Below are positions 23,342-36,620 of a stretch of 64,000 bases of DNA, piece after piece. Made by a program: the position numbers and the translations under genes. The first letter of the stretch is position 1, and every line of letters begins with the position of its first letter. A model generated the notes under the pieces. That model ran no database searches, was not told where the DNA came from, and saw nothing but the letters and a program-made list of their open reading frames with translations. The DNA is from Mobula hypostoma (taxonomy: Eukaryota): NCBI RefSeq assembly GCF_963921235.1, contig NC_086097.1:232378001-232442000 (forward strand), given 5' to 3'.

Positions 23342-24875
23342 CAGGTGTCCCCCGCTTTTCAAACGTTCGCGTTACGAAACCTCACTGTAACGAAAGACCT
23401 ACATTAGTACCCTGTTTTCGCTAACAGAAGGTGTTTTCGCTGTTACGAAAAAAGCAGCGCGCGCCCCGAGCAGCCACTCTCCCCTGGATTCGGAACTGCA
23501 CTCTCACGGGCATTGCTTAAACACGTGCCTGTGAGCAGCCGTTTGCAAGATGAGTTCTATGGTATCGGAAAAGCCTGAAAGAGCTCGTAAGGGTGTTACA
23601 CTTAGCGTAAAACTAGGCATAATTAAGCATTTCAATCGTGGTGAACAAAGTAAGGACTAAGTGAGTTTGGCTTGTGGAAGCTGACAAACATGATATTGAA
23701 GAGATTTTGGCATCCCATGACCAAGAACTGATAGATGAAGAGCTGATGCAATTTGAAGAGGAAAGGATAACAATCGAAACCGACTGAGTAATGATAAAGT
23801 ACGACTTTAATTTTGAAAGGGTACGTTGGTTTAGGGGATATTTGCAGGATGGTTTGAGTGCTTACGAAGAACTGTATATAGAAAAATGCGCGAGGCTAAG
23901 CGGTCAAGCAAGCCTTCCACATCAGCCCCAGCAGACGATGAACTTCGACCTTCGACATTGAGGCGGGCAGTCATGGGAGAAGATGAGCTGCCTGCTCTAA
24001 TGGAAACAGACGACGAGATGACACCCCAGTGTCCCACCACCCCAACACCCAGGCCGCGGACAGATACTGATTCGCAGAGAATGCAGCAGTAGCCGGGAGA
24101 CACACAGCACATCTTTAAGAAAAAAGCCAAAATAAACATGCTAATTACTTAGGTGCTGCCCGACATGTAATTGTCGGCCCAGATCAGAGGCGATGCAATT
24201 GGCAATCAACACTGATCTGGGCCGAAAGTTACGTGCCGGGCGGCACCTAATTAATTAGCATGTTTATTTCGGCTTTTTTCTTTAAGATGTGCTGTGTGCC
24301 TCCCGGCTACCGCTGTACCATTGCGTGCTTCGCGGCAATGTATCGGGTCACTGCCTGGAGGGTGGGGACCACTGCACCACCCCAATCTGTGACGACTCAG
24401 CCTAACACACCGCCATCAGTGTGCTCCGCGCTTTCCCAATTCCGGTAAGTGATATTACACTGTACATACATTATTTCTACTTTATATAGGCTGTGTATTT
24501 TTACGTGTTATTTGGTATGATTTGGCAGCTTCACAGCTTAAAGGTTACTGGAGAGCGCTTGCGTAAGATTTTTTGCTGACGGCGCTTATGTAAGATTTTC
24601 ACTACGGAGAACAGTTCAGGCAATGATTGTGGAAAAGTACTTCTACTTTATATAAGCTGTGTATTTGTCATATCATTCCTGCTTTTACTATATGTTACTG
24701 TAATTTTAGGTTTTATGTGTTATTTGGCATGATTTGGTAGGTTATTTTTGGGTCTGCGAACGCTCACAAAATTTTCCCATATAAATAAATGGTAATCACT
24801 TCTTCACTTTACGACATTCCAGCTTACGAACCGTTTCATAGGAACGCTCTACCTTCGGATGGCGGGGGAAACCTG
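23342..24875 (+). mobile_element. Internally deleted Tigger/pogo-like DNA transposon
   Basis: TA target duplication; TIRs CAGGTGTCCCCCGC / GCGGGGGAAACCTG; transposase remnants RARKGVTLSVKLGIIKHFNRGE (~23580-23645) and DIEEILASHDQELIDEELMQ (~23690-23750). Confidence 0.9.
24084..24315. repeat. ~230-bp imperfect palindrome inside the Tigger-like element
   Basis: Arms ~24084-24187 and ~24212-24315 are reverse complements (e.g. GTAGCCGGGAG/CTCCCGGCTAC, AATAAACATGCTAATTA/TAATTAGCATGTTTATT, GGCCCAGATCAG/CTGATCTGGGCC). Confidence 0.92.
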
Positions 24876-25369
24876 TATACGATTTATCGTATAGTATAGA
24901 TTTTAAGTGGAGACTATTCCTCAAACACCAAAGGCATCTGCAGCAATCTGCTTTACAACCTTTGTTATATATCCTTTGCTTACTGCTGAGTTTAACACTT
25001 GTTTGACCGGTCAGATAGTTATTTGAATAAAATAATTTGTTCAGTCCCCATATATTCAGTTTTTCTTATCACTATGCTGTGTTTATAAAAGTTCAGTTTC
25101 CTGTGAAGAGTACAGGTAACAAGTTTCTCTATTTCAAAAACATTTCATGACTAATCCTATTGCCTATTCCTCCTGTAACTTCACAATGGTATGTTTATTC
25201 ATGTCTGTTTTTGCAGCTGTATAGATGTCTTTGCTAAAGACAATGTTATTATCTTCCTGTAGTTCAGATTCACTGTGCATGAAAGTATTTCTCTTATTCT
25301 GTTTGTGACTTCTGTTACCAGAGATGCTGCTTGAAGAGATGTCATTTTTTCAGTTGATCATGTGCCTTA

Positions 25370-25950
25370 CGGTTGTTATAGCTGGGGGTGGTAATGGGAC
25401 AAGTTCTCACTACCTGTTAAATGCTTCCATGGTGTGTGCCTTAAATAGCCTCTGACAACCAAGTCCAGCATCTGCCTTATGTGTGACTTAGCTCCTAAGC
25501 CTGGCAGAACTGTTTCTACTGACAGGAGAAGGGGCAAAGCGGGTTACTGGCACCTTAAAACCAGTCACTTCAGGCAGATGGGCTCTTCAGCCGTAGTTGG
25601 CAGCTCCTCAAGGAGAAGGAAAATGATCTCAAACCTCCACTGCTTTGCGTCTATACCTACTCATGGTGAAGGCTTTGGGAGTAAACCGCAAGGGAACAAT
25701 CCGGAGCTGGAGACCCTAAGACAATCGTACATTGAGTTCAATGCTGACTCGCAACTCCTGCGTTGCTGCTGGTTCCAATCTGTGTCGGTCTCTGCTGTTC
25801 CTTTGGATTCATCAGATGCATGAAGATGGGGAGCTTGCTACATTGGTAACAGCTTGCTCTCCATATTGTACTATCCAGGCTTGTGTATCTAGGCAGCCAG
25901 GATGCAACATCCATGGTCAACCCTGACTGACAGAGGCCTCACTCACTCAC
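25370..25950 (+). mobile_element. Non-autonomous RTE-related short element
   Basis: Homologous to the RTE 5'UTR (AAATAGCCTCTGACAACCAAGTCCA, CTGTTTCTACTGACAG, GGCTTTGGGAGTAAACC); no ORF; ends in (CTCA)n. Confidence 0.78.
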
Positions 25951-25974
25951 ATGCCAGTATTCTGTACACTATAG

Positions 25975-28900
25975 CGCGTCACATCCGTTAGTCTTGCAGG
26001 ACCATGGATCTGCGCCTGGAAAGTCTTGCTTCAGTCTGTGTTGGTAGGGCAGCGTCTGTTGTGGCTGTAGAGGCCCACACGGGAGTGATAGTCTCAGCTG
26101 CAGTGACTGCACTTGAAGGCGCTGTCCTCCAGTGTTGTCTTGGTGCTGTTTTTTCGGCAAGTGTGCTTTTCTTTAGCATCAAGCCTCAGCTTCTCTTCTC
26201 CTCTTTTTAGCCCTCCGCGTAGTTCCAGCCTCCAGCGAGAGCAATCGCTTGCAATGTCCTCCCACCTCTCGACGTTCATGTTCAGTGACTTCATGTCTCT
26301 CTTGTAGACATCTTTGAAACGAAGATGGGGCTGCCCTTGTGCTCTCTGGCTGGAGGCCAGTTCCCTGTACAGCAGGTCTTTGGGGATCCTCCTGTCTGAC
26401 ATGCAGTGTACGTGGCCCAGCCAGCGGAGACGGCATTGTTGGAGCAGGGTGAAGAGGCTGAGTATCTGGGTGCGGGCCAGGACCTCGTTGGTGACTCGGT
26501 CAGTCCACTTGATGTCCAGAGTGCACCTCAGGCTGCAAAGGTGGAAGGCGTTGAGACGCCGCTCTTGTTTGGAGTAGAGGCTCCAGGTCTTGCTGCCGTA
26601 AATCAGTGTGCTGAGGATGCAGGCCCTGTAGACTGCAACCTTGGTGTGCTTCATCAGCTTTCTATTCTCCCAGACTCTCTTTGTCAGCCTGGCAAATGTT
26701 GAGGCTGCTCACCCAATCCGTCTGTTGATCTCGTGGTCAAGGAAGAGGCTGTCCGTGATGGTGGAACCCAGGTATGTAAACTCGTGAACTACCTCCAGCT
26801 CGTAGTTGTTGATGTTAATGGCAGGGGGGTGCTCAACACCTTGGCCCAACATGTTGGTCTTCTTCAGGCTGATGGTCAAGCTGAAGTCCTGGCAGGCTGT
26901 TGAGAAGCTGTCCATGAGGCATTGCAGTTGCTCTTCAGAGTGTGTTGCCAGTGCCGCGTCGTCTGCAAACAACATGTCTCTGATAAGTACTTCACGAACC
27001 TTGGTTTTCGCCCTCAGCCGGGACAGACTGAACAGCCTCCCATCAAATCTGGTGTGGAGGTAGACACCATCAGTTGATGTTCCGAAGGCGTGCTTCAGCA
27101 TGACTGCAAAGAAGATGCCGAACAGGGTGGGGGCAAGCACACAGCCCTGCTTCACACTGCTGCGGATGTTGAAGGCCTCCGAAGAAGAGCTGTGAAGAGC
27201 TGCCCTTCATGTCTGTGTGGAATGACTGAACTATCCTGAGGAGCCTGGGGGGAGAACCAATCCTGGCGAGGATTTTGAACAGGCTGTCTCTGCTCATGAG
27301 GTTGAAGGTCTTCGTGAGGTCAATGAAAGCAACGTACAGTGGTTGTATTTGCTCTTTGCATTTCTCTTGTAGCTGTCGAAGGGAGAAGATCGTGTCGATT
27401 GTGGAGCATTCTGACCTGAAACCACACTGAGACTCAGGATATACCTTTTCGGCTATTTTCTGCAGTCTGTTCAGGACCACGCGGGTGAAGGCCTTCCCAA
27501 CGATGCTCAGCAAGGAGATTCCCCTGTAGTTGTTACAGTCGCTTCTGTCACCTTTGTTCTTATATAGGGTGATAATGTTCAAGTCTCTCATGTCTTGTGG
27601 CACTGCTCCCTCTATCCAGCACTGGCACAGTAGTTCGTGCAGGTTGTTTAGCAGGACGCCCTTTGCGCACTTGATGGCCCCAGTGGGCAGGCTGTCGATG
27701 GCTTTACTCAGCTCTTCGGCAGTCGGCAATGCATCCAGTTCCTCCATGACAGGCAGGCATTCCACGGCGTCTAGCGCGCCGACTGAGATGCTGCCTTCTC
27801 TAAAGAAGAGTTCAGAGTAATGCTCCACCCATCTCTCCATCTGCTTGCCTTTGTCTTTGATGGTCTCACCTGTTATGGTTTTCAGTGGTGCTGTCTTGCT
27901 CTGGGTTGGACCGAGGGCTTTCTTGATCCCCTCATGCACTCCACGGATGTTGCCGGTGTCAAATGATAACGAAAGCCTCCACATAGTTGCAGCTAGTAGT
28001 CTGGCTGTTTCCTGAGCCTTGCTTCTTTGCTGCCCTTAGCGCTTGCAGTGTTGCCTGGGTGGGGTGGCGTTTGTGCTCTAGTAGTGCATCACGCTTTACC
28101 TCAATGACAGCGGTGAGCTTACAGTCCTGTGTCTTGCCCCGTTCTTTCCCGAAGACCTTGAGTGCAGTGCTGTGGATAGTGTCCCTGAGAGAGTCCCATC
28201 TCTGCTGAGCATCTCCTTCTGGTGGGTCTGCAAGGAGAGCATCCTCCAGTGACTTGATGAACTCCGCCGCTTTGTCTAGGTGTTGTGTCTTATTGGCATC
28301 GATGCGCTGCTTGCCTGGAGGCTTGGCGTAGTGCATTTTCTTTGGCCAAAGTCTGATCTTGCAGCAAACCAGAGAGCGATCTGTGTCACAGTTGGCACTC
28401 TGAAAGGAGCGAGTCATGAGCACGTTTCTTGGCGTCTTGTGATTATTAGGTCTAGCTGGTGCCAGTGTTTGGAGCGGGGATGTCGCCAAGACACTTAGTG
28501 CTGAGCTTTGGTCTGGAAGTAGCTGTTGATGACACACGATTCGTGGAGCATGCAAAGCTCGAGCAGTCGTTGCCCGTTGTCATTCATGCTGCCAATCCCA
28601 TGCCGCCACAGGCTGCTTGGCCAGGAGTTGTGGTCAGCACCCACTCTGGCATTGAAGTCGCCAAGTAGCAGCAACTGTTCCTGACTTGTATCATCATTGA
28701 GAGCTGGTCATAGAACTTGTCCTTTGCGTCTTGTGTAGAGTAGAGGGTTGGGGCGTAGATGCTGACAAGGTTGACAGGCCCGTCAGATGCGTGGAGTCGA
28801 AGTGAGAAAATCCTCTCCGTCCCTTTCTCACTAGGCTCTACCATCTTCAGTAGCGAGTTCCTCACGGCAAAGCCGATACCATGTTCTCTGGTTTCGTCTG

Positions 28901-30036
28901 AGCCCTTCTCCTGCCAGAAGAAGGTATAGTCTCTCACGTAGGGTTTCCGATCCTGTGAGACGTGTCTCTTGGAGCGTTGCGATGTCCACTTGGAGTCTCA
29001 ACAGTTCATTGTTAATCACTGCTGTCTTGCGTGTGTCGCTGATCTCCCGAAGGTCATCTGATATACCAGTTGTCATGGTCCGTATATTCCAGCATCCTAG
29101 TCTGAGTGCTGGCTCCTTTCTTTGTCTTCTTGTGCTTGGTGCAGTGTTTACAGTCCGCAGTTCGGGCTACTTGTATCCCTAAGCCCCTGCACCCAGTGGA
29201 GCGGGCGGACTGTGGCGGGACAGCACCTAATTGGCAGGGGGCTGCCCTACTTGAGGCTGGCAGTAGCTGTCCAGTGAGACGCGATGGTCCCTCCCTCTGT
29301 CGAAGGCAACTCCTGGCACCTTGCTCTACACCAATCGAGCACAGGCTTATAACCGGTAAACTGCTGCTTTCCGTGTTGTGCCGTCGTGGTAAGGCAACAC
29401 AACACTGGAGTGTCCTCTCCAGGGCGCAGGCCTGGGTAAGGTTGTATGGAAGACCGGCAGTTGCCCATGCAGCAAGTCTCCCCTCTCCACGACACCGATG
29501 TTGTCCAAGGGAAGGGCAAGGGCCAATACAGCTTGGCACCAGTGTCGTTGCAGGAGTGGCCAGAACGAGGTTGAAGACAACGTCGGACTGCCTTAGGGAC
29601 TCCAGCTCTGGATTTGTCCTCAGGGTTTACTCCCAAAGCCTTTCCCATGAGTGGGTATGGCCGCAAATCAGAGTTTCCCTCTCTTAGATGGACTGCCTTC
29701 CCAGGCTGACGAGCTCCATCTACCCGAAGCACTGGTTTTAAGGCACCAGGACCCACCTTCGCCCCTTCTGTCAGTAGAAACAGTTCCACCGACTTAGAGG
29801 CTAAGCCACATGAAGAGGCCAGGAGTTGGACTTGGTTGTCAGAGGCTATTTGAGGCGCATGCTGTGAGGAGCACTTTTAGGTAGTGGGAGCTTGTCCCCA
29901 CTACCACTCCTTGGCTTGACAACCTTAGGAACCCGCATGCCGAACTTTGGGAACCCGCAACCCGCAACCATTCCTAAGGTTGTCAAGCTGGGGAGTGGTA
30001 GTGGGGACAAGCTCCCACTACCTAGAAGTGCTCCTC
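25975..30036 (-). mobile_element. Full-length RTE-clade LINE, degraded, with 5' inverted duplication
   Basis: APE endonuclease (CWNIRTM, LQETRL, VSIYAPT), RT (NYRGISLLS, ESQCGFR, KQGCVLAP, LFADD), C-terminal Cys/His motif, ~800-nt 5'UTR; 9-bp TSD ACACTATAG (25966-25974 and 30037-30045). Confidence 0.92.
26030..29145 (-). pseudogene. RTE endonuclease-reverse transcriptase ORF with frameshifts and stops
   Basis: Pieces in ORFs 28831-29076, 28584-28937, 27959-28555, 27070-27984, 26709-27155 and 26094-26654 fall in domain order. Confidence 0.88.
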
Positions 30037-31394
30037 ACACTATAGTAGAATGCTGCTAAAATGTAAGGGTATATTTTGTATTGTGTTTTCTTATTTCGTT
30101 CTTCAGATCCACAGGAAGATGTGATCTGATTAGTCAACCTTTGCCATTTTTCTATGTCAGTTGAACTCCACTCCACCCCCCCAGTTGGTTTCTTTTAAAT
30201 TAATATTAGCCTTGTATAGTGTCCGGGTGAGAGGGGTACCAGAAAGATGTGGGAATTTAAAATAAGCCATCTGTAGACATGTAAGTGATACACATGCTAT
30301 AAATTGAGCAAGCTGAACAAATTCCAATTTAGATAGGTTATCTGCCAGTAATATTGGCTGTAGCAAATTACATTTGGCATTTTTGGAATTAAATTACTTT
30401 TGTAAAGATATTGATTATATTTGGAAAAGGCATACGTCCACCTGGAACTTGATTAAATAACCTGGCTAAGAACAAATTGAAGGAAAGTGAAGCCTTTTTG
30501 GATTTTGAGTTGAGCCGATTTTGGGCCATTTTCTGTGGTTTTGAAAATAGTGATTTTGAATATAAAATGTTCTTATATTAAAAACAATAGTTTAAAAAGT
30601 TTTCAAATTGTAGGGTTCATCAAGAATTGAAGTAGTGCTGTTAAGGACTTGAGTATTCATTATCACTACCAGGTTTTGAAACAGAAGGCTGATTTTAGTG
30701 ATATTGAACTAAGTTGATGGTGCACTGTACTACATACAGAAATGAGCTTCAGCAAACTGACACATTTTGTACTTTTTCTGAAAGTGCTATCCAATGACAA
30801 TAGAAAATAATGAGCATGTTTAAACAAACCCCGTGCTCCATTAACATTTTTCCATGATACCGGTGAAGAGTGGGTTATGATGCAAATATCTGATTCTTGT
30901 TCGAAAATATTTAGGCTTGTGTCTAACAGCTGCAAAAACAAGTATGTACTCGCATCTTATGAAGATTGAGTTATTTTAAAAAGCACATTGTCAACTTTTT
31001 CAAAATGTCATTTTAACATTTAGCAAGCTCCTGTTGAATATGATTGTCAGTTGATGTTTATTTTTCAAAAGGAACAAAGAAACTGTCTTAATATTTCAAA
31101 AAGAGTTCACATATTTTAAAACCGAAGCTGTAAGACATCTGGCTTGTTGAAGCAAGTACTGATCAGGAAATTCTTGTTTGAAACTTGTAAACTGTTTTTG
31201 TTTGAAGTGCTCATCAGGTCAGGCAGCAAAGGGGGAGAGTGAAACATCAAATGTTTTAAATTGATGACCTTTCAAGCCTTATTGTACCTTCGTGCCTGGA
31301 CCAGCTTTCAGAAAGATATATCCAGTTCCTCGTCCTGCTCTTTCATGATGGACTTCAAAAATTTTTCTGTTTCAAATATGCAACTGACTACTAC

Positions 31395-31685
31395 TGCCAC
31401 AGTAGTGTAGTGGTTAGTGTGATGCTCTTACTGCTAGGGGCGATGGAGTTTGTAGTTTAATTCTGACATCATCCAAAGTAGTCTGCATGTCTTCTTTGTG
31501 AATGTGTGGGTTTCTCCCAGTCCTTCAGTTTCCTCACACAGTGCAAAGACATTTTTGTTAGTAGGTTAATTGGTTATCATAAAGTGTTCAGTGATTAGGC
31601 TATGGTTAAGTCGGGGTTGCCGGGCAGTGTGGTTCAAAGGGCGGGAAGGGCCTATTCTGTAATCCCTAAATAAAATAAAAAAATA
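31395..31685 (+). mobile_element. V-type tRNA SINE, degraded
   Basis: GTAGTGTAGTGGTTAG head, GGGTTTCTCC...CAAAGAC...TAGGTTAATTGGT, GAAGGGCCT, A-rich tail. Confidence 0.65.
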
Positions 31686-34600
31686 AATATTTTGCACCTC
31701 AAAGTTTTTGCACAATGTTTGGAAAATTACACCATCTGGGTGATCTTATTTTCTCCCCAAAGCTAACTGTTCTCATACAGTAATCAGAGGAATGTGGAGC
31801 AGTCCAGTGTTACACCGTAATAGATCTGTGCTCACCACTAATGTATCTGTTGTGGTGACAGACCTGTGCCCACTACTGTTGTACACATCTTTTATTGTGA
31901 TGGACTCATTCCCACCTACACTGCAGGGTTGATTAGAACTGAATTTCTGGGATTCAGAATAGTTTTGATCCCTGCTGCCACTTCTTTTGAGGACTTGCAG
32001 CTGCAGTGGGAGTTCAGAAAATGGTTAGCAAGTCCTGAACGTGGGAGAATAGGCATGGTAAACAGCTAGACAGAGCTGGAGAGGGGCTGAGGAGATGGAT
32101 GCAAACTCGCTTTGCAAAACATATGAATTTTGACAGACTATTCATGTACATCAAGCTGCTTCAAGGACTAATGGAAATAAAAAACTTGTATATGTAGGGA
32201 GGGAATAAATATTGATATTCTGTTTGATAAAACTTTTTTTTAAATTGAGTGTATCTCTTTTACCTGTTTGAGTCCATGCAGGGCTGCTGCATTGTTGCAT
32301 TTGGCAAGGCCTTTGTTTGCAAAATGCTCCTTTGGCAACTTTATGAATGCTGCCCCTCAATGGCTGAAAAAATATCAGTTGTTTCTTTAGTTGCTCTGTA
32401 TGTGTGCCTTTCTCACTGGTAAGTGTAGATTTGTCAATGGGCAACAGGCCTTCAGAAAGCAGTGTGGTCACAACACAGCATGTTTCATTGTTATTTCATT
32501 GTTACCCCTCTCTCTACCCAGTTATATATCTAAGGCTCTTCATCAGCTTTTTTAATATTTTTCTCCTTTTAGTGCTATTATTTCTGTTGAATTTGGTCAT
32601 CATGTTATCCATTTTTTTCAACATAAATATGCAAGATCACATAATTATCTAGTTTGGGTATAAACGCCACACAAAAACAAAACAGCCATCAAGTTGATGA
32701 GATTTTGAACCCGACCTTTGAGTCAACAGCCCAACCTTTTACTGTTATTCTGTAGGTCTTTTGTATACTGTGTGTCTCGTTCTTCTAAATTCAGTGCGAC
32801 ATTTCAGTCTTATGTTTAAAGTTGTATGTTGTCTTATTGTACAAGAACTGTATTCACACCTTTATCTTGAAAACAAGGAACCTTAACTAAACCAAACTTC
32901 TGCTTGGATTTGACAGCAGCCTGGCTTGTTTCTGCAGATCAGTTTTATTCCTCAATAACCTCTTTACGTTGAACTCTCCTTTGATGGAGACTGGTTGAAC
33001 CAGTTTCCAGTTGACTGTAAAACCAGTCTGACCGGCCTGTTGTGCCAACAAATTCTGGTATGATTCCCAGTCCCAGAGAATGTTCAGACCTGCTCAACCA
33101 GTTGTGAAAAGCATATTAGGTTATCCATTGCATTTGTACATATGCCTTTGCAGAATCAGACAGGCAGAGCTGAGAAGCAGCTTTCACTGTGATCAACTGT
33201 GGTCCATGTGCGTTGCCTTCTGCAATTCACTTGTAAGAGCGTAACTTCTGACAAGAACAAGATCAAATATTCATGATTACTCAGATTTTAAGTTTAAAGG
33301 TATGTGACATAATGCTTGATGTATTTTCACTTCACTTTCAATATTAAATGTGCTTGTTTGTGGTCTGAAAGATTTTTTGGGAAGTAGAAGTAAAGGTTCT
33401 TTCTGTAAGTCTTCAAAGGACGTAGCTTGGTTATGTAAAAAAATATTACTTTTATCAAGAAAAGGTAACTGTTAATTTTCTACTTTTTTAGGATTTTTAA
33501 TTTGTTACGTTTACTGTGAAATGTTTTGTTGAAAGTGTCTACGTATGACACATACTCCTGAAACTCAGAAAACAAGAGTACTTCTAGCTTTTATTTGGTA
33601 ATTGATTAACCAGCTGTCCAATAGCAGGTGAGAAGCAGAAAAGAAAGGAATGGGGGCATGTTTTGTCATGTCTAACAATACTGGAAATCTCAGCATTTTA
33701 AGTAAATTACGTCTTCTGTACTGTCGCAGAGCTCCAGTTCTGCTTCATTCAATATCTGTGGTTGTAGAACACCATTGCAGTCCATGTTGTTGTGGAGATG
33801 GCAGTGACCACATTAGTTAGACCAAGTCTTCAGGTTAATTCATTATAATTGAGCACAGGAATTGCTGGCGAAGAGATTTAAACTCTAACATATTCATTTT
33901 ATTTTACTTATTTGCATGATACAGCTGACCCTGCTGACCAATCATAATGTTAATTTGATATCAGATTGTCTTTGGCAGAAGAATGCACACTGCATCTGCA
34001 AATGTTGTCTCTCCACTAATATTCTAGAATTTTATCTTGAAAGAAATTGATCTAATTTCCATACAGTGGACTGGTTTGTGTCTCCATAAAATGCAGTTTC
34101 ATATCGATGGCATAAGATTGGCAAGTTTGTTCACCATAACATTCCTCCCCTTCTGGATACCTTATCAGGTCTCTCATAACATCATGAAACCTCATTCAAT
34201 TGCTGACTCAAGATGGGCTCAGATTAAAGATGACATGAGTTTGAACTTTTAACACTGACTTTGCAACATTTTCTTTTTCCCTGTTTCTTTCCGACAGTTG
34301 GCAAAAACCCCAGGATTTTCCCACCTCCAGCATTCTCCTTTCTGGAATTACAAACTCCAGTTCACCTAAGATTGTTCTGGCATCTGTCAGTCTCCAGCTG
34401 CTGCTCACACAAGTTTTTAACTGCTTTGTACAGTGGTAAACTTTTCCATCCTTGGCCCCTGTACTCAAGGATTAATTCCAAGTCCTTTCCTTAGCCTTCC
34501 TAAAGTCTTATTTCACTTTCTCAATCTAGGAATTGCCCCATAAGTATTTAGTTTACAGATGTGATGAGCAGTTTGGGTAGCTTTGGAGAGAGTTTGCAGC

Positions 34601-34814
34601 TTGGGTCTTTAAAAAAATAAAATGTTGCGCTCAGTTATTTCTTGGAATGTTTGAGGTTGTATTTGTTCCTTTACTTGAAAGCATCCATTCATTCACCTGC
34701 AGAAGGGAGGACATTGGTGGTGGGCACTGGGAAAACATTTTCTTTTAATCTCTAAAGTATTTTTATCTCATCTGTTTGGCAGGTGAAGATTGATTTAGGT
34801 GGATGTTATTCTAA

Positions 34815-35138
<324 letters not shown>

Positions 35139-36539
35139 TAACCCTTAACACCTCCCCATAATAGTAAAGGTTATCCTGTTAATTTTCGTAATTCATCAGT
35201 ATTTTATCTTAAAGCCATTTTATTTTTGGGGTACTTTATTTCAATTTATGCAATTATTTCATAAATGTAATAAATAATGCTCCCTCAATTCTTTTCAATT
35301 TGCTGCCTCTAGTCTTTACACTTCTTGAAATTTTGCTTAAATTGTTTTTAAGGATTGCATATCTTTTCTAGATCAAGGAATTACTGCACAGTATTATTCT
35401 TGCTGTGGCTTTGTCCACAATAAGGAATTTTTATTTATACGTAAGGCAAATATCACAAGATCAGAACCAGCCATTTGGTACAATTTCTAAAGTACCAGCC
35501 AATATAGTCTGGGCCATATGTTTCACGGATTAATCACTGTTTATAATTGCAAACAGATGCTGGAAATCCAAGCAACATATACACACAATGTTGGAGGAAT
35601 TCAGCATCTATGGAAAAGAGAGTTTATAATTATGGTGTTTACATATGCCTTGGGTGGTGCTGGTGCTTACACTGAATGAAAATGTTTGTTCTTTCCTTTA
35701 CGGTTTGGGGAGGAATAGGAATGGAGTTAGTATTGGGATAGATTTCCAGGGAATTTCACTCTTTAAACACGGTAACCATATACTGTAAACATATACTGTG
35801 TGACATCATTTTGCAATGTTCCTAAGGGTCTTCCTTTGCATTTCCTCAAATGAATTGGAGAACGCACACAAAAGGGTTGGGTGAGACCAGAACTAGTGGT
35901 CATGGGTTAAAGGTGAAATTTGAAGTGTTTAAGGGGAACTTCACTCAGAGGGTGGGTGAGAGTGGGGAGTGAGCTGTGGGTTCGATTTCAACATTTAAGA
36001 GAGATTTCAGTAGGTACATGGATGGGAGGGATTTGGAGGCTCGTGGTCCAGGTGTGGGTTGATGTGACTTGGCAGGATAATAGTTCGGCACAGACCTGAT
36101 GGTCTGACGGGCCTGTTTCTGTGCAGTCGTGTCCCATGACTCTGTAAAATCTTGCTTTGTCTGTGGTCTTCAGTTTCTTCAAATAGTCCCTCAAAATAAG
36201 TAAGATGATCTTCGTTGAAAGAGATTCCAGTGGCTCAGAGCGGACTTGCTTGCTATTTTAGCATGAACAAGTTAAGTTCTTACCTCAACGTGCTTTATAG
36301 AATGCTGCTTAGGTCAAATTACGCAATGCTGGTGAAACCATATATAACTGTGTTAAGGTATGGAACTTCATGCTTTCCCTAACCTATTGCACATCAGAAT
36401 CAGGTTTATTATCGTTGTCTTTTATGATCTGAAAATTGTACAGAACAAAGACATAAATTTACTATAAATTACAAAATAAAAAGTGCTAAAAAGGAATGTG
36501 GCATGGGCCATTCAGAAATCTGACGGCAGAGATGAAGAA

Positions 36540-36620
36540 ACACACATCAAAGTTGCTGGTGAACCAGCAACTTTGATGTGTATTGCTTGAGTTTCTAGCA
36601 TCTGCAGAATTCCTGTTGTT
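36540..36620. mobile_element. 81-bp PLE-terminus insertion with an internal perfect hairpin
   Basis: 15-bp TSD GGCAGAGATGAAGAA (36525-36539 and 36621-36635); insert matches the PLE end at 21341-21365. Confidence 0.85.

Noticed and set aside
29054..29789. Several 160-190 aa ORFs as an RTE ORF1
   Set aside because: They overlap on both strands in the GC-rich 5'UTR, have no recognisable domain, and the same sequence is non-coding in derived SINEs.
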